This document shows positions 49,566-62,503 of a stretch of 64,000 nucleotides of DNA, piece by piece. Position 1 is the first letter of the stretch. Each line of letters begins with the position of its first letter. The notes below the pieces were generated by a model. The model had not been told where the DNA came from. It searched no databases and worked only from the letters and a program-made list of their open reading frames with translations. A program made the position numbers and the translations under genes. The DNA is from Scyliorhinus canicula (lineage: Eukaryota): positions 98,941,441 through 99,005,440 of the forward strand of contig NC_052150.1 in assembly GCF_902713615.1 (NCBI RefSeq), in the 5' to 3' direction.

Positions 49566-50295
49566 AGTGGTGTTGAGTGATCCAATGTTTATTTAAAAGG
49601 TTAAGTTGAATTCATGGAATACATAAACGTTCTCCACATGACTTGATAGTCTTTCAAACGTTCCCGTTTGTGGAGACCAGTGCTAAATGGCACTCGCCTG
49701 GGGTCTCCAAAGACTAAGGGACTAGATCCCCAATGCCTTGGATCGATCCACCAAGTTCATATTAAAGTGAAACTGGCTCTTCACTTTAATATGCAAATTT
49801 ACCAAACAGAGATCCCGGCCAGGTTTGTGACATCTTGCAAGATCCCTGTAGATCCTGCGAGGCATGAGGAAGCCGGATAAATCGCACGAGAGGCCCAACT
49901 TGGGGCGTGACGTTGTCGTTAGATCGTACCCCAAGCATTATCAGAGTCTATGTTTTGAATATCAAGGAGGACCGACTTCCTTGCAAACATGTTTACAAAT
50001 CTGCAGAATAGCTCCATTCTGCAGTCATGTCCTTCAGGGAAGATGATCTGCCGTCCTTACCCGATCTGGCCGACATCTGAATCCAGACCCACAACAATGT
50101 TATTGACTCTTTAATGTCCTCTGAAATGGCCTAGCAAGCCACTCAGTTGTACCAAACCGCTCCAAAGTCAATAAAAAGGAATGAAATGGGAGAACCAGCT
50201 GGTATCGACACGGACACTGGAAATGACAAAACCAGCCCTACAGTTCTAACGTCTGGACCTTAATGCCAAAACCCAAAGAGTCGTCGCACAGACTA

Positions 50296-50604
50296 ATAAT
50301 AATAATCTTTATTAGTGTCAGAAGTAGGCTTACATTAACACTGCAATGACGTTACTGTGAAAATCCCCAAGTTGCCACACTCCGACGTCTGTTCGGGTAC
50401 ACTGAGGGAGAATTCAGAATGTCCAATTCACCTGATAAGCACATCTTTCGGGACTTGTGGGAGGAAACCAGAGCACCCAGAGGAAACTCACTCAGGCATG
50501 GAGAGAATGTGCAGACTCCATACAGTGACCCAAGCCGGGAATCGAACCCGGGTCCCTGGTGCTGTGAAGCAGCAGTGCTAACCACTGTGCTACCGTGCCA
50601 TCCC
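50296..50604 (-). mobile_element. V-SINE with a third tail type ending (ATT)n
   Basis: V-core followed by GTGGCAACTTGGGGATTTTCACAGTAACGTCATTG...AAGCCTACT, shared with SINE 49374-49565. Confidence 0.85.
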
Positions 50605-51690
50605 TAGTCAAGTAACAGCCTAACAGTCATACTCACGGAATCATTTCTTACAGATAAAGCCCCCAGACACCATCATCGCCATACCTGGTTATGTCCTGTC
50701 CTATCGACAGGACAGATCCGGCAGAGGTGGTGGCACAGTGTTATACTGTCAGGAGGGTGCTGCCCTGGAAATCCTCAACATTAACTCTGGACCTCAAGAA
50801 GCCTCATGGCATCAGACCAAACATGGTTAAGGAAACGTTCAGCTGATTGCCATGTAATGTGCTCCCTCAGCTGATGAATTAGTATGCCTCCATGTTGAAC
50901 ACCACTTTTGTGCAAGGGCGCAATATGTACTCTGGGTGGGAAAATGTCCATCACCAAGAGTGGCTCAGTAGCAGTACCACAGACCAAATTGGCCGAGTCC
51001 TAAAGAACATAGCTGCTAGGCTATGTTCAAGAGAGAGAGTGAAAGACACACCTGACATCATCCTCACCAAACTGTCTATCACAGATGCATCTGTCTATGA
51101 CAGTATTACCGCACAGCCATTTTGGAGACAACATCTCATGTTCACATTGAAGATACCTCTGTTGTGTTGTGTGGCACTACCACCATGTTAAATAGTATAG
51201 AATTCGAACACATCTATCAACCCAAGGCACAGTGTGCCATCAGTAGCAGCAGAATTGTACTCAACTATAATCTGTAACCTCATGGTCTGCCATATCCCCC
51301 AGTCTACCATTACCACCAAATCAGCGGATATGCAGTGGTACAATGAGGAGTGCAAGGAGGGCATGCCAAACAGCATAAGCAGCAAGTAATAGACGGAGCT
51401 AGGTGATTCCACAACCAACAAATCAGATCTAAGCACCGCAGTCCTGCCACATCCAGTTGTGAATAGTGGCAGATAATCAAACAACTCATTGGAGGACGAG
51501 CCCAGCATATTAGTGCAAAAGACAAGGCTGAAGTGTTCACGGCTATTTTCAGTCAGAAGTGCCGAGTGGATGCTCCATCTTGGCCTCCTCCGGAGTTCCC
51601 CAGCATCACAGATGCCAGTCTGCAGCCAATTTGATTCACTTCATGTGATATCAAGAAGTGGCTGAAGGCACTGGATACTGCAACGGTTAT

Positions 51691-52398
51691 GGCCGCAATT
51701 CTCCACTCCCCATGCTGGGTGGGGGAATCGCGGGAGGGCCGGGCGACTCACGACACGCCCCCCTGGCGCCCCCCGCGATCATCCCACCCCCCGCTCGGAA
51801 AAACGCTGCTCGCTATTTTTCACGGCGACCGGCGATTTTCCGGCCGAGCGCCCTGACGTTCCCGACCGGTTCACGACGGCGGCAACCACACCTGGTCGCT
51901 GCCGTCGTGAACATAGGCGCCGAATGCTAGTTTGAAGCTTGTGGGGGGCAGAGAGGGGAGTGAGCACCGCGGCTGTGCTCGGGAGCGGACTGGCTCGCGA
52001 TCGGTGACCACCGATCGTCGGGCCGGCGTCTCAAAGTGACGCACTCTTTCCCCTCCGCCACCCCGCAAGATCAAGCCACCACGTCTTGCCGGGCAGCGGA
52101 GGGTAAGACGGCAACCGTGCATGCGCGGGTTCGAGCCGTCAGCCGTCGTGACGTCAGCGGCACATGCCAACCTGCGCATGCGCGGCTGACGTCACTTAGG
52201 CGCCGCCGTCACGTCATTCTTGGTGCGCCGCCTTGACACAAGCGTCAAGGCCCGGCGGCCGAGAGTTACAGAGCGCCGCTCCTAGCCCCCCGGGTGGGGG
52301 TGAATAAGGTGCGAGGAGTGGCCTCCGATGCCGTCGTGAAACTTGGCCGAGTTCACGACAGTCTTCCCGATTTATCGCGGGAGGGGAGAATTCCGCCC
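51691..52398. mobile_element. Harbinger-type MITE, family A
   Basis: TIRs GGCCGCAATTCTCC / GGAGAATTCCGCCC; TSD TAT/GAT; homolog of 9950-10593. Confidence 0.88.
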
Positions 52399-53829
52399 GA
52401 TGGGTTCTGACAATATTTCAGCTATAAGACAGACGATGTGCTCCAGAACTTGCCATGCCCCTAGCCAAGCTGTTCCAGTACAATGACAACACTTACACCT
52501 ACAGGGCAATGTGGAAAACTGCCTCGGTATGTCCTGAAATGCTGGACAGATCTAACCCATTCAATTACTGCCTCATTGGTCTGCGCTTGATCATCAGTAA
52601 AGTGATGGAAGGGGTCATCAACATCAACAGCGCTATCAAGCGGCACTTACTCAGCAATAACCTGCTCAGTGACGCTAAGTTTGGGTTCTACCAGAACCAC
52701 TCAGCATCTGACCTTAGTACAGCCTTGGTTCAAACATGGACAAAAGAGCTGAATTCCTGAGGTGAGGGAAGAATGGCTGTCCTTAACATCAAAACAGCAT
52801 TTGGCCAAGTATGGCACCAAGGAACCCGAGCAAAACTGAAGTCAACAGAATTCAGGAGGCAAGTTCTCCGCTGGTGTGACTCAAATTGACCACAAAGGAA
52901 GATGGTTGCGGTGGTTGGAGGCCAATCATCTCAGCTCCAGTATATCACTGCAGAAGTTCCTCAGGAAAGTGTCCTGGGCCCAACTTCTTCAGCTACTTCA
53001 TCAATGACCTTCCTTCTATGACAATGCGAGAAGTGGGGGACGTTTGCTGATGATTTCACAATGTTCAGTACCATTCACAACTCTTCAGATATTGAACCAG
53101 CCGTGTCCAAATGCAACAATACCTGGACAATATCCAGGCTTGGGCTAACAAGGAGCAACATTCACGCCACACAAGTGCCAGGAAATGACCCTCTTCAACA
53201 AGAGAGGATCTAATCCCCGTGACATTCAATGGCATTACCATCGCTGAATTCCCCCCACTATCAACATCCTGGGGGTTACCATTGATCAGAAACTGAACTC
53301 GACTAGTCATATAACTAGTGTAGCTACAAGAGCGGGTCAGAGGTGAGGAATCCTACAGTAAGTAACTCACCTCCTGTCCTCCCACCCTCCCCCCCAAAGA
53401 TTGTCCACCATCTAGAAGGTACAAGTCAGGAGTGTGATGGAGTACTCTGCCTTTGCCTCGATGAGTGCAGCTCCAACAACACTCAAGAAGGTTGACATCG
53501 TCCTGGACAAAGCAGCCTGTTTGATTGGCAACCTATGCACAAGCATTCACTCCATCCGCCACCAATGTACAGTGGCAGCCATGTGTACCAGCTAAAATAT
53601 GGATTGCTCCTATCATCAAAGCTCCTAAGACAGCATCTTACAAACCTATGACCACTGCCATCTAGAAGGACAAGGGCAGCATACACTTAGAAACACCACC
53701 ACCGGGAAGTCCCCCTCCACGTCACTCACCACCCTGACTTGGAAACATATTGCCATTCCTTTACTGTTCCTGGGTCAAAATCCTGAAACTTCCTCCCTAG
53801 TAGTTCTATGGGTGCACCTACTACATAGG

Positions 53830-54155
53830 ACACAGAATTCCTACAGTGCAGAAGGAAGCCATTCGACCTATTGAGTCTGCACCAACCCTCTGAAAGAGCA
53901 CCTTATCTAGGCCCCCTCCCACATCCTATCGTTGTAACCCCACCTGACCTGCACATCTTTGGACACTACGGGAAAATTTAGCACAGCTAATCCACCTAAC
54001 CTGCACATCTTTGGACTGTGGGAGGAAACCGGCGCACCCGGAGAAATCCCACGCAGACACGGAGAGAAAGTGCAAACGCCACACGGACAGTCACCTGAGA
54101 CCTGGAACTCAGGTCCTTGGCTCTGTGAGGCAGCAGTGCTAACCACTGTGCCACC
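53830..54155 (-). mobile_element. V-SINE with CR1 tail
   Basis: V-core and CR1-type tail inserted in the 3' part of the LINE. Confidence 0.88.
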
Positions 54156-54959
54156 CATGAACTGCAGCTGTTCAAGAAGGCAGCTCACCACCTTCTTACG
54201 GCCAACTACAGATGGGCAATAAATGCCTACATAGCCATCAATGACCAGATCCCTTAAATGAATAAGAAAATAATCTTATGTTCTCCCCACCCCAGCATCA
54301 TCGCCTTGCCAATTAAGTCCATGGTAGGAAAAAGTTATGACAGCCTAATTTGGACCTCAAATTAAGGGTGTTGTTGCTGCCGTTATTAATCCATGCCTCA
54401 TTTAGGGACCCAACATCAGACAGTAGGATCTTTGCTGAGAGCCACCCCTACCCTTGCTGTCGACTCCCCTAGACCTTCCTCCAGTGCTACTGCCACCCTG
54501 TGAAACCCCTCCTGCCATCTCTTGTTCTGGGTCGCTCTGTGATCCTGGGCCTCGATTAGGTGTTGTTCTAGCATGGCTCTCCCAATTGCTGCCTGCTGCT
54601 GAGCAAAAGAGGTGCCAGCCTCTGACTGGCCAGGAGCTCTTGGTAGGTGGGACTTCCACCCCCTGGAATCCTGACCATATGGAAGGCCCACTGGAGACCT
54701 GTCACCTGCCTAATTGGCAGATAACGGCAATGGGTTTCCTGGAGGAGGCAGCATGGTGGCTGAGACCTCCGTGTCCCATAAAATTCCCTTCAGTGAGTGC
54801 ACCAACCCTCTGAAAGAGCACCTTATCTAGGCCCACTCCCCTACCCTACCGTCGTAACCCCACCTAACCCACACATCTTTTGACACTTTGGGAAAATTTA
54901 GCACAGCCAATCCACCTAATCTGTGCAGATGCTTTAATCCTACACATCCCATCCTCATT

Positions 54960-55283
54960 GGGCAGCACGGTAGCACAAGTGGATAGCATCGTGGATTCTC
55001 AGCGCCAGGGTCCCAGGTTCGATTCCCCGCTGGGTCACTGTCTGTGCGGAGTCTCCACGTTCTCCCCGTGTCTGCGTGGGTTTCCTCCGGGTGCTATGGT
55101 TTCCTCCCACAGTCCAAAGACGTGCGGGTTAGGTGGACTGGCCATCATAAATTGCCCTTCGTGACCAAAAAGGTGAGGAAGGGTTATTGGGTTACGGGGA
55201 TAGGGTGGAAGTGAGGGCTTAAGTGGGTCGGTACAGACTCGATGGGCCGATTGGTCTCCTTCTGCACTGTATGTTCTATGTTC
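54960..55283 (+). mobile_element. V-SINE with CR1 tail
   Basis: GGGCAGCACGGTAGC head, B-box GGTTCGATTCCC, V-core, TGTTCTATG tail. Confidence 0.92.
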
Positions 55284-56333
55284 ATTGCACAATAAAGCAA
55301 GGAGGTAAAATCAGGGTGTCAGCTTGCACTGCAGAAATCAGGACATTTCTAACAATAGCACGACTTAGGGAGTCACATACCAAACATACAATGCTGCCTT
55401 AAGTACCAGGTACACATGGTCCTCTGGCATATTATCTATTGCAGCTGTTGGTCCTATTTCAGGTCCAAGTAAATATCTCGTCTTTATTACAATTTAACAG
55501 GCATATTAAAAAATATTAATGTTAAAAAAACATCCAGACTGACCCTCAAGTTTAAAGAAGCATAAGCTGTGGGGAAAGGTTGAAATGGTTTTCAGACTGA
55601 ATTCTAGAAAAAAACAGTGCCCTTAAAATGGCCCTTATTGAAGTACGGCCTGAATAATTTTCACACAGAGAGAGGCCCCAGTCTGAGCAGAGTCACAAAA
55701 CTGTAAGTTCTGCCCCTGAACCCACCCCCAACCATTTTCGGTGGAGGGGGTTGTAAGCCTTGGGGGGCGACGATAATGTGGGAGGATTCTAAATTGCAGA
55801 TCAATGGTTCATGGAGGCAACTGCACATGGTAATGTGCAGCTGCCTCAGTCATATCTGACTTTGGCTAGCGGTATATCCAAAACCCAACTTGTGCACTTT
55901 AGACCTCGTAGGCGAAGGTTAAAGTTGCTGGAGTCTTTGGAAATGTAAGATACCGTTTTGCATATGGTCCCGGGATACCTTTTGGGAGAGGTAGTGTGCT
56001 CTTTTGGAGTGGTCAGGTAAACTTTGGAATTGCTAAATGTAGAGATGAATGTGCATAAGTGCGTAAACACATGGCAACTGAAATGTAATGAATGGGTTTT
56101 TATCAGTGAGAGTATTTTGTTTTGAAATAATGAATTCATCAACAGATACTTAAGAACTTAAATTAATCTCCACATGGCTCCTGAGGTCTGCCCATGGTGC
56201 ATACTGGTCGTGTTGCCATAGTGGGTTTATGGACAAAAGCAGCTGGCTGGGGCATGGGTTGGCCCCAAGTTGCCATTGGGCTATTAATGACCATGGGAGT
56301 GGATAGAGGGGCATAAATAGAGGGGTATAAATT

Positions 56334-56679
56334 GGGGAAGCGGTGGCGTAGTGGTATTGTCACTGGATTATTAATCCAGAGTACTATGGGATCGCAGGTT
56401 CAAATCCCGCCACTGCAGATGGTGACGTTTGAATTCATTAAAAATCTGGAATTAAAAGTCTCGTGATTACCATGAAACCATTGTCGTAAAAAGCCACCTG
56501 GTTCATTAATGTCCTTTCGGGAAGGAAATCTGCCATCCTTACGTAATCGACTAGATTACCTAATCGGGCCTATACGTGACTCCAGACCCACAGCAATGTG
56601 GTTGATTCTTAACTGCTCCTCAAGGGCAGTTAGGGATGGGCAATAAATGCTGGCACAGCCCATGAACAAATAAAAAAAA
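56334..56679 (+). mobile_element. tRNA-headed SINE sharing both 5' and 3' segments with LINE 50036-54270
   Basis: A-box TGGCGTAGTGG, B-box GGTTCAAATCCC; GGGAAGGAAATCTGCC...CCAGACCCACAGCAATGT; tail GGGATGGGCAATAAATGC plus A-run. Confidence 0.8.
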
Positions 56680-59234
56680 GGCTAGTAAGAGCCACAGATT
56701 GGCCTAGAGGGTATGACTGACTTGGGGTGGGGGAGGTGGCATGGTTTGGCATTGATAAGGTATGGACATTATTTCTGGCGGGTAAGGGCTGGGTGACTGT
56801 TTTTTTCAATTATTTTTTTCATATCTTCAACAATGTGCCGGAGTAATGAGGCTGCCTCTGAACTCTTTCTGGGGTTACCTGCCACAACTCCCAATTTCAC
56901 CCATCCTCTCAACCACCCTGAACCAGAAATTGGAACATCCAGGGCACCTTTTTCCTGGGTCAGGTTTGCGGAGCCGGGAATTGTCCTGACTCTGCGTTCC
57001 CAATGTGTCAGCGAAAATTCAGGTCTGTTTATTAAAATAATAATAATCTTTATTGTCACAAGCAGGCTTACACTATATGGATTAGGTAAACCACAGAATT
57101 ATTTGAAAGCACCAAGAAAATAGGGGCATGTTGAAATTCAACAAGAATAAATTGAGGACAGATATCCAAAAACGTCCTTACTCAAAGAATGTTCAATATC
57201 TGAAATAATCTATGAAGCAAGAGAACGAAAGCAAAGTGCAATGGGATTATTATTAACAATTAACATAATAGGATGAACTTTGCCTGACATTACTTTGTTT
57301 TTGTTTTTGTGTAGTTACATAGAACATTTACCTGGGTTTCTCAATATATAAAGGTATTCTTTTTCAGTCTCAGTTGCTACCATCTTGAATTTATATAAGC
57401 ATTTATTTTGTGCTTGAAAGATGCAGGATTGGGCTTTTTCTTCCTCTGATTCTGATACAAAACATAATTTAATGACATGATTAACAAAACAAATGTTTCA
57501 ATACTATCCCACTTTAGAAGAAATCCCAGTAGTTTTAGTTAAAGACAAATAATGTAGCTCTTTCCTGGATCACATTTACACATAAATTACACTGACATTT
57601 AGGTTCTTTGTCCAAATGAACTTGCGCTCAAATTGCCAAGCAGCTTATTTGCCTATGGTGGAAATACAAAAAAGGCAAAACAAGTCCAAAGACATCCCTA
57701 TCAATTGGGATAGTAGCATATAGTTGCAGTCTTTGGCCGTTCAAGTTGCTGAGCCCTTCAGAGCAGCTTGGGGAAGGGCAACACTGAAACCGATAATGCT
57801 TTGTCGATGTGTAGTGCAGGTATAAGTACGAAAGTCGTAAAAAATGTCAAATTTCATATCACATCATATCTCACATTCCATCTAAACAAGCACATTATCT
57901 GAGTAAATCCAGAAAATGCATAAGCTGTTCTTTTGAGTGGGGTGGGCTATGAAAATGAACTGAAGGATTTTTGCATATGTAACTCATACGCAGAGAAATA
58001 ATTGAGGAAATTTGCAGATACGGAAGTTTCAATATCAAACCAGTATAAATCAGTTATTCAGCTATTTCCTTGGGACCTAGATGCTTCACTGCCACTCTTC
58101 AGCTGTAGTTAAAGTAAAAAAGTCAAGGAAATTCAGTCAATCAAAATATCTAAAGATAATCATCTCGGAATGTCACTAGTTAGAGTTTCTGACCTAAAAC
58201 CAAAAAGGCCCTTATTTAACAATCTAATTCACCCGTTGTGACAATCCTATTTTTAAAAATTATTGTTCCCTGCTTTATTATAAGAATTCTAAAAATAATT
58301 CTGCACATTTCTCCACTTTCACTTGACAGAGTTCAGTGTTAGAACGGTGTATCTTTTCCCAAATAGAACAAAAAAGCTCAAAATTCTGGGAGCTTCAATA
58401 ACTGACCAATAATCATCCAAAATATTCAGGCATTTTGTCCATTTTAAAAGGAAAACATCCAGATGTTTCAGTTAAATAGTTACATAGTTTGCAGGAGTAA
58501 TTTGAAGACTATTTAAGTTATTTTCTTCCAAAACAAATAAGACATTTAGACATGTGCCAGAAGCTTCAATATCAATCATGTGGTAAACCGGGAAAATGTT
58601 AGATCAGGCAGCCAATTTACATCTCAGCTGACTGAATTCAATGAGATGAAAGGAAAATAAAACGGAAAGGCAATCGGACAGAGTGTGTGACGGAATGGAC
58701 GGCAGAATCCAATATCGCTTGTTTCTCAATACTGCCAAAGGTGACTTCTGTCTTTTGTTCTTTACCTCTTTTCAATGTTCTACAGATTCTAGAAAATGCA
58801 TTGGCTATCTGATCAGGAGATTTTGTACAAGCTTTTTTTCCAATAATGAGTGATATCGCAAAGCTAATTGAATGAACATCCTGTTTATTCAGTGTGTGTA
58901 CAGTTATGCTGAACTGCTTGAACTACTGCTCCATGGTGATATCATTCAAGCATTGTGAGCCAATTGCTCCTTTACAGTGTCAGAAAAGAGTGGTATTACT
59001 TCAAAAGCCAAATCTGAATATGGTGTCAAAATTTACGTGGGAAAACTCCTAACAGCCAGGATTGAGAGTAGGGAATAGGATTAGATTGAAGCAGAGATCC
59101 CAAGGGCTGTAATGTACTTGTCGGACAGATTTTGGAGGTTTTCTCTATTCTGACAACCTTGATCCACCCTGCCGATCAGTGTGAAATACACAGCACAAAA
59201 AATGAACTAGCAGAATCCAAAGAGAAACAGATAC

Positions 59235-59332
59235 CTGAAAGATGGTCCACTAGCACCATTTGAGAACATGAAATGGTACAATTAGCAGGAGACACTGCCC
59301 AGTAGTTTAACACATGGCACTGCACACACTTC
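59235..59332 (-). CDS. ITGB8: Integrin beta-8, beta-tail exon
   Basis: tttatag|(W)KCVQCHVLNYWAVSPANCTISCSQMVLVDHLS(E)|gtat; 98 nt; phases 2/1 fit both neighbouring exons. Confidence 0.88.
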
Positions 59333-60703
59333 CTATAAATAAAGTCACATAAATCTTTAGTAATGTTAAAGTAATATACATATTTCACTTCAGTGCATTT
59401 AGATATTCATACCAAATATGTGAACATTTGTACATTTTTTGTTAGTTTAAGATCCTTGACCATTATTTGAGCCAAATATCAAGATCACTGATATACATTG
59501 AGGGTTGTAAAAGGAACCATTTAAAAATATGTTTTTAAGAAACTAAAACAAGTTTGGGTTGCACATTTGATCCTCATTTGCAAGTGGAAACCACGGGCAA
59601 AAAGGACCAGTTTCAGTAAGCAATATCTCATGTTCAATCTGCATCTCTGTTACAACTGCCACCATATTGGTAAAGGTAACTTTTCAGTTGTCCTGGGCAG
59701 CTGCCAGAAGAGGCTGCTTACATATGTAAAGGAGAGGCCGAAGATAAATTTTTCAGCCCCTTGCAGAAATTGGCTTAGATTGAGGCTGCTGTATTTGGCA
59801 GTCTTCAGTGGAGTTGTGACTATGTCATTTAGCAGTGAAATCCGGAAGCACTTTTTCACCTCAGGCCATGGAAATCCAGATGAGTGTCACCAAAAAGCCT
59901 GTGGATGGTGGGTCAATTGAAACTTTCAAAACCTTGCTTTATAGATTTGTTTAAAGAAATATGGAGCAACGGTAAATAATAGAAATTGAAGTACAGTTCA
60001 GTCATTAACTGAATGACGGAACAGGCTTCAGAGGCTGTCTATTCCTGTTCCTATGGGCAGGACTTTCCAGCCTCCCCTGGACTGTATTTCCTGGTGGCAA
60101 ATGCATCCTGCCATTGGCCGGTGGAGGGATCTTCCGGTCCCAATGATGTCAATAGGTTTTCGTGTGCCCCGCATCTCTGCCGCCGGGGTGCCTACATTGA
60201 CGGGACTGGAAGGTTCCGCCAGCTGGAAGAGCCACACACCTTTGGCTTATGTTCTTGCCTACATTTGTATCATGGTTTGAATGTGCTAGGTTGACAATGG
60301 TGTTGCTGATATATACTATACTAACCTTCTGTTAGTCATGGAAGTTCACAATGTACAACAAATTCAATTTATGCAGTGCCTTTAAAGTAGAAGACATCTC
60401 GAGGCACTTCTAGTGATATAATCAAAAATTAACACCAAACAGTAGAAGGACAGAGTAGGAGAGGTGACCAAGAATCTGGTAAAACAATTGGGTTTAAACA
60501 GAGTCATAAAGAAGAGTGATATAGATGTCACTGAGTCATTTATGGCACGGAAGATCATTTGGCTTACTGAGTCCATGTCAGATCCCCACAGAGCAATCCA
60601 GTCAGACCAATTCCACCGTCCGATCCTCCTGTAAGTTTATTTCCTTCAAATGCCCATCTAATTTCCTTTTGAAATCATGAATTGTTTTCACTTCCATCAC
60701 CCA

Positions 60704-61233
60704 TGTGAGCACAGTAAGAAGTCTTACAACACCAGGTTAAAGTCCAACAGGTTTGTTTCAAACACAAGCTTTCGGAGCACTGCTCCTTCCTCAGGTGAAT
60801 GGAGAGGTATGTTCCAGAAACATTTATATAGACAAAGTCAGAGATGCCGGACAATGCTTGGAATGCAAGCATTTGCGGGTAATCAAATCATTGCAGATCC
60901 AGAGAGAGGGATAATCCCAGGTTAAAGAGGTGTGAATTGTCTCAAGCCAGGACAGTTGGTAGGATTTTGCAAGTCCAGGCCAGATGGTGAGGGGTGAATG
61001 TAATGCAACATGAATCCAAGATCCCTGTTGAGGCCGCACTCATGCGTGCGGAACTTAGCTAGAAATTTTTGCTCGGCAATTCTGCGTTGTCGCGTGTCCT
61101 GAAGACCGCCTTGGAGAACGCTTACCCGGAGATCAGAGGCTGAATGCCCTTGACTGCTGAAGTGTTCCCCGACTGGAAGGGAACATTCCTGCCTGGTGAT
61201 TGACCCCAGTCCAACGCCGGCATCTCCACATCA
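60704..61233 (-). mobile_element. Truncated Penelope-like element (GIY-YIG C-terminus plus pLTR with hammerhead)
   Basis: Minus-strand frame ITRQECSLPVGEHFSSQGHSASDLRVSVLQGG...RRIAEQKFLAKFRTHECGLNRD; flanking direct repeat CATCACCCATGTGAGCA (60695-60711 and 61232-61248). Confidence 0.88.
60763..60797 (-). ncRNA. Minimal hammerhead ribozyme motif (Penelope type)
   Basis: CAC-CUGAGGA-A-GGAGC-AGU-GCUCC-GAAA-GCUU-GUG. Confidence 0.7.
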
Positions 61234-61814
61234 TCACCCATGTGAGCAGCGAGTTGCAGGTCATTAACATTGGCTGCGTAAAAAATGTCTTCCTCTCATT
61301 TTTCCTGCATCGCATGCATGAGGGTTTCAGCCAAAATCATCTGCATTCGATGCTATAGGGAAATAAGAAGTATGTCTTTGTGAAAGAGAGGGCATTCGGT
61401 CAGAATTTCCGACAGGGTGAAGTCAGAGTCCGAGGTTGCAAAGCGTTTGGATCAGTTTGAGAGAGTGGCTGGGTATGAGGATGGTTGTGATAAAGATTTT
61501 GTGATGGGGACTAATTACAATGGTTTCTGTGTTACTGGTGTTAGACAGGAGCCAACTGCGACACATCTAACACTTGATATTGCAAGTGGGCAGGAAAGAA
61601 AGAAAATAGACTGAGGACAGTCGGCGAGAAGGACTATGGAATGTGGATGGCATCAAGGGCCATTGGGGCTTGAGAGTTGAAGAATCGGAGATTGGGGCGA
61701 TTAGAACTCAGATAGGAGAGGGAGAGATTGAGGTTGGCAGAATTGGGAACAACAATGTGGTGAGTGGGAGCTGTGAGTGGTAGAAGTTACAGCAGTGGAG
61801 TAGAGGTTTAGAGG

Positions 61815-62050
61815 AAAGGTAAAGTCACCATGGTCCCAGATGATCGTGGTCCCATAGGCTGCCCCTTTGAGGGGAAGAGCTGACTGGTGGTGATTTAACT
61901 GAAGGATCACCACGCCTCAGGCAAGGGACAAGGTTGAGAAGGCAGGGCCTTCATGAATAACCTCAGCCAGTACGGGAATTAAACTCACGATGTTGCCCTT
62001 GCTCTGCATCACGAAATGGTTGCCCAGGCCACCGAGCTAAACTGCCCCCC
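61815..62050 (-). mobile_element. tRNA-derived SINE (further family) within an L2 remnant
   Basis: Minus-strand head GGGGCAGTTTAGCTCGGTGG, degenerate B-box GTTTAATTCCC, tail GACTTTACCTTT. Confidence 0.7.
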
Positions 62051-62503
62051 TGGCACTAATACAGACACACACAGAGCTAATGGTATATCAGAGGATCCTC
62101 ACAATTATATAAACATTATATGAAACATTACATAAACCTTCTCAAGTTCAATCAGAAATGGGCACTAAATGCTGGAGAAGCTGGCAATGCCTATATACAA
62201 TGAACACATTTTTAAAATCCCTTTTTGGTGGCATTCATTACATAGGCACTGATGTGAAAGATAACATTTAAAAAACACATCTTTTTAAATATTTTTGAGA
62301 TAAAAGATGAAAGATTTTACTGAAAAAGTTAGTGCTATATAGTTTTATCGTAAAACAATCCAAAATGTATGGTCCACTATGATATATTGTGTTTGGACCA
62401 CCTCTGCTGATGTGACAAGCAAGCTATTCATTTTGATTCATTTAAGCAACTGTTAAATGTGAAAAAAAAAAATGATGTGTATGAATGAATTGCACAAGCA
62501 TAC

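Larger units (their letters stand above)
50036..54270 (+). mobile_element. Near full-length decayed CR1-group LINE (endonuclease plus RT), second family, antisense in an ITGB8 intron
   Basis: RQDRSGRGGGTV (endonuclease); PLAKLFQY, NY..IGL.LIISKVME, KFGFYQNHS, VPQESVLGP, FADD; 3' end GATGGGCAATAAATGC. Confidence 0.88.

Noticed and set aside
54795-54925. Partial SINE resembling 53872-54003 as another local templated copy
   Set aside because: Only about 85-90% similar; cannot be told apart from an independent copy of the same subfamily by eye.
55300-59170. Extra exons or a nested gene in the repeat-poor intron stretch
   Set aside because: Exon phases already join 59235 to 47388 in frame and no recognisable coding motif was found; conserved non-coding elements cannot be assessed without alignments.
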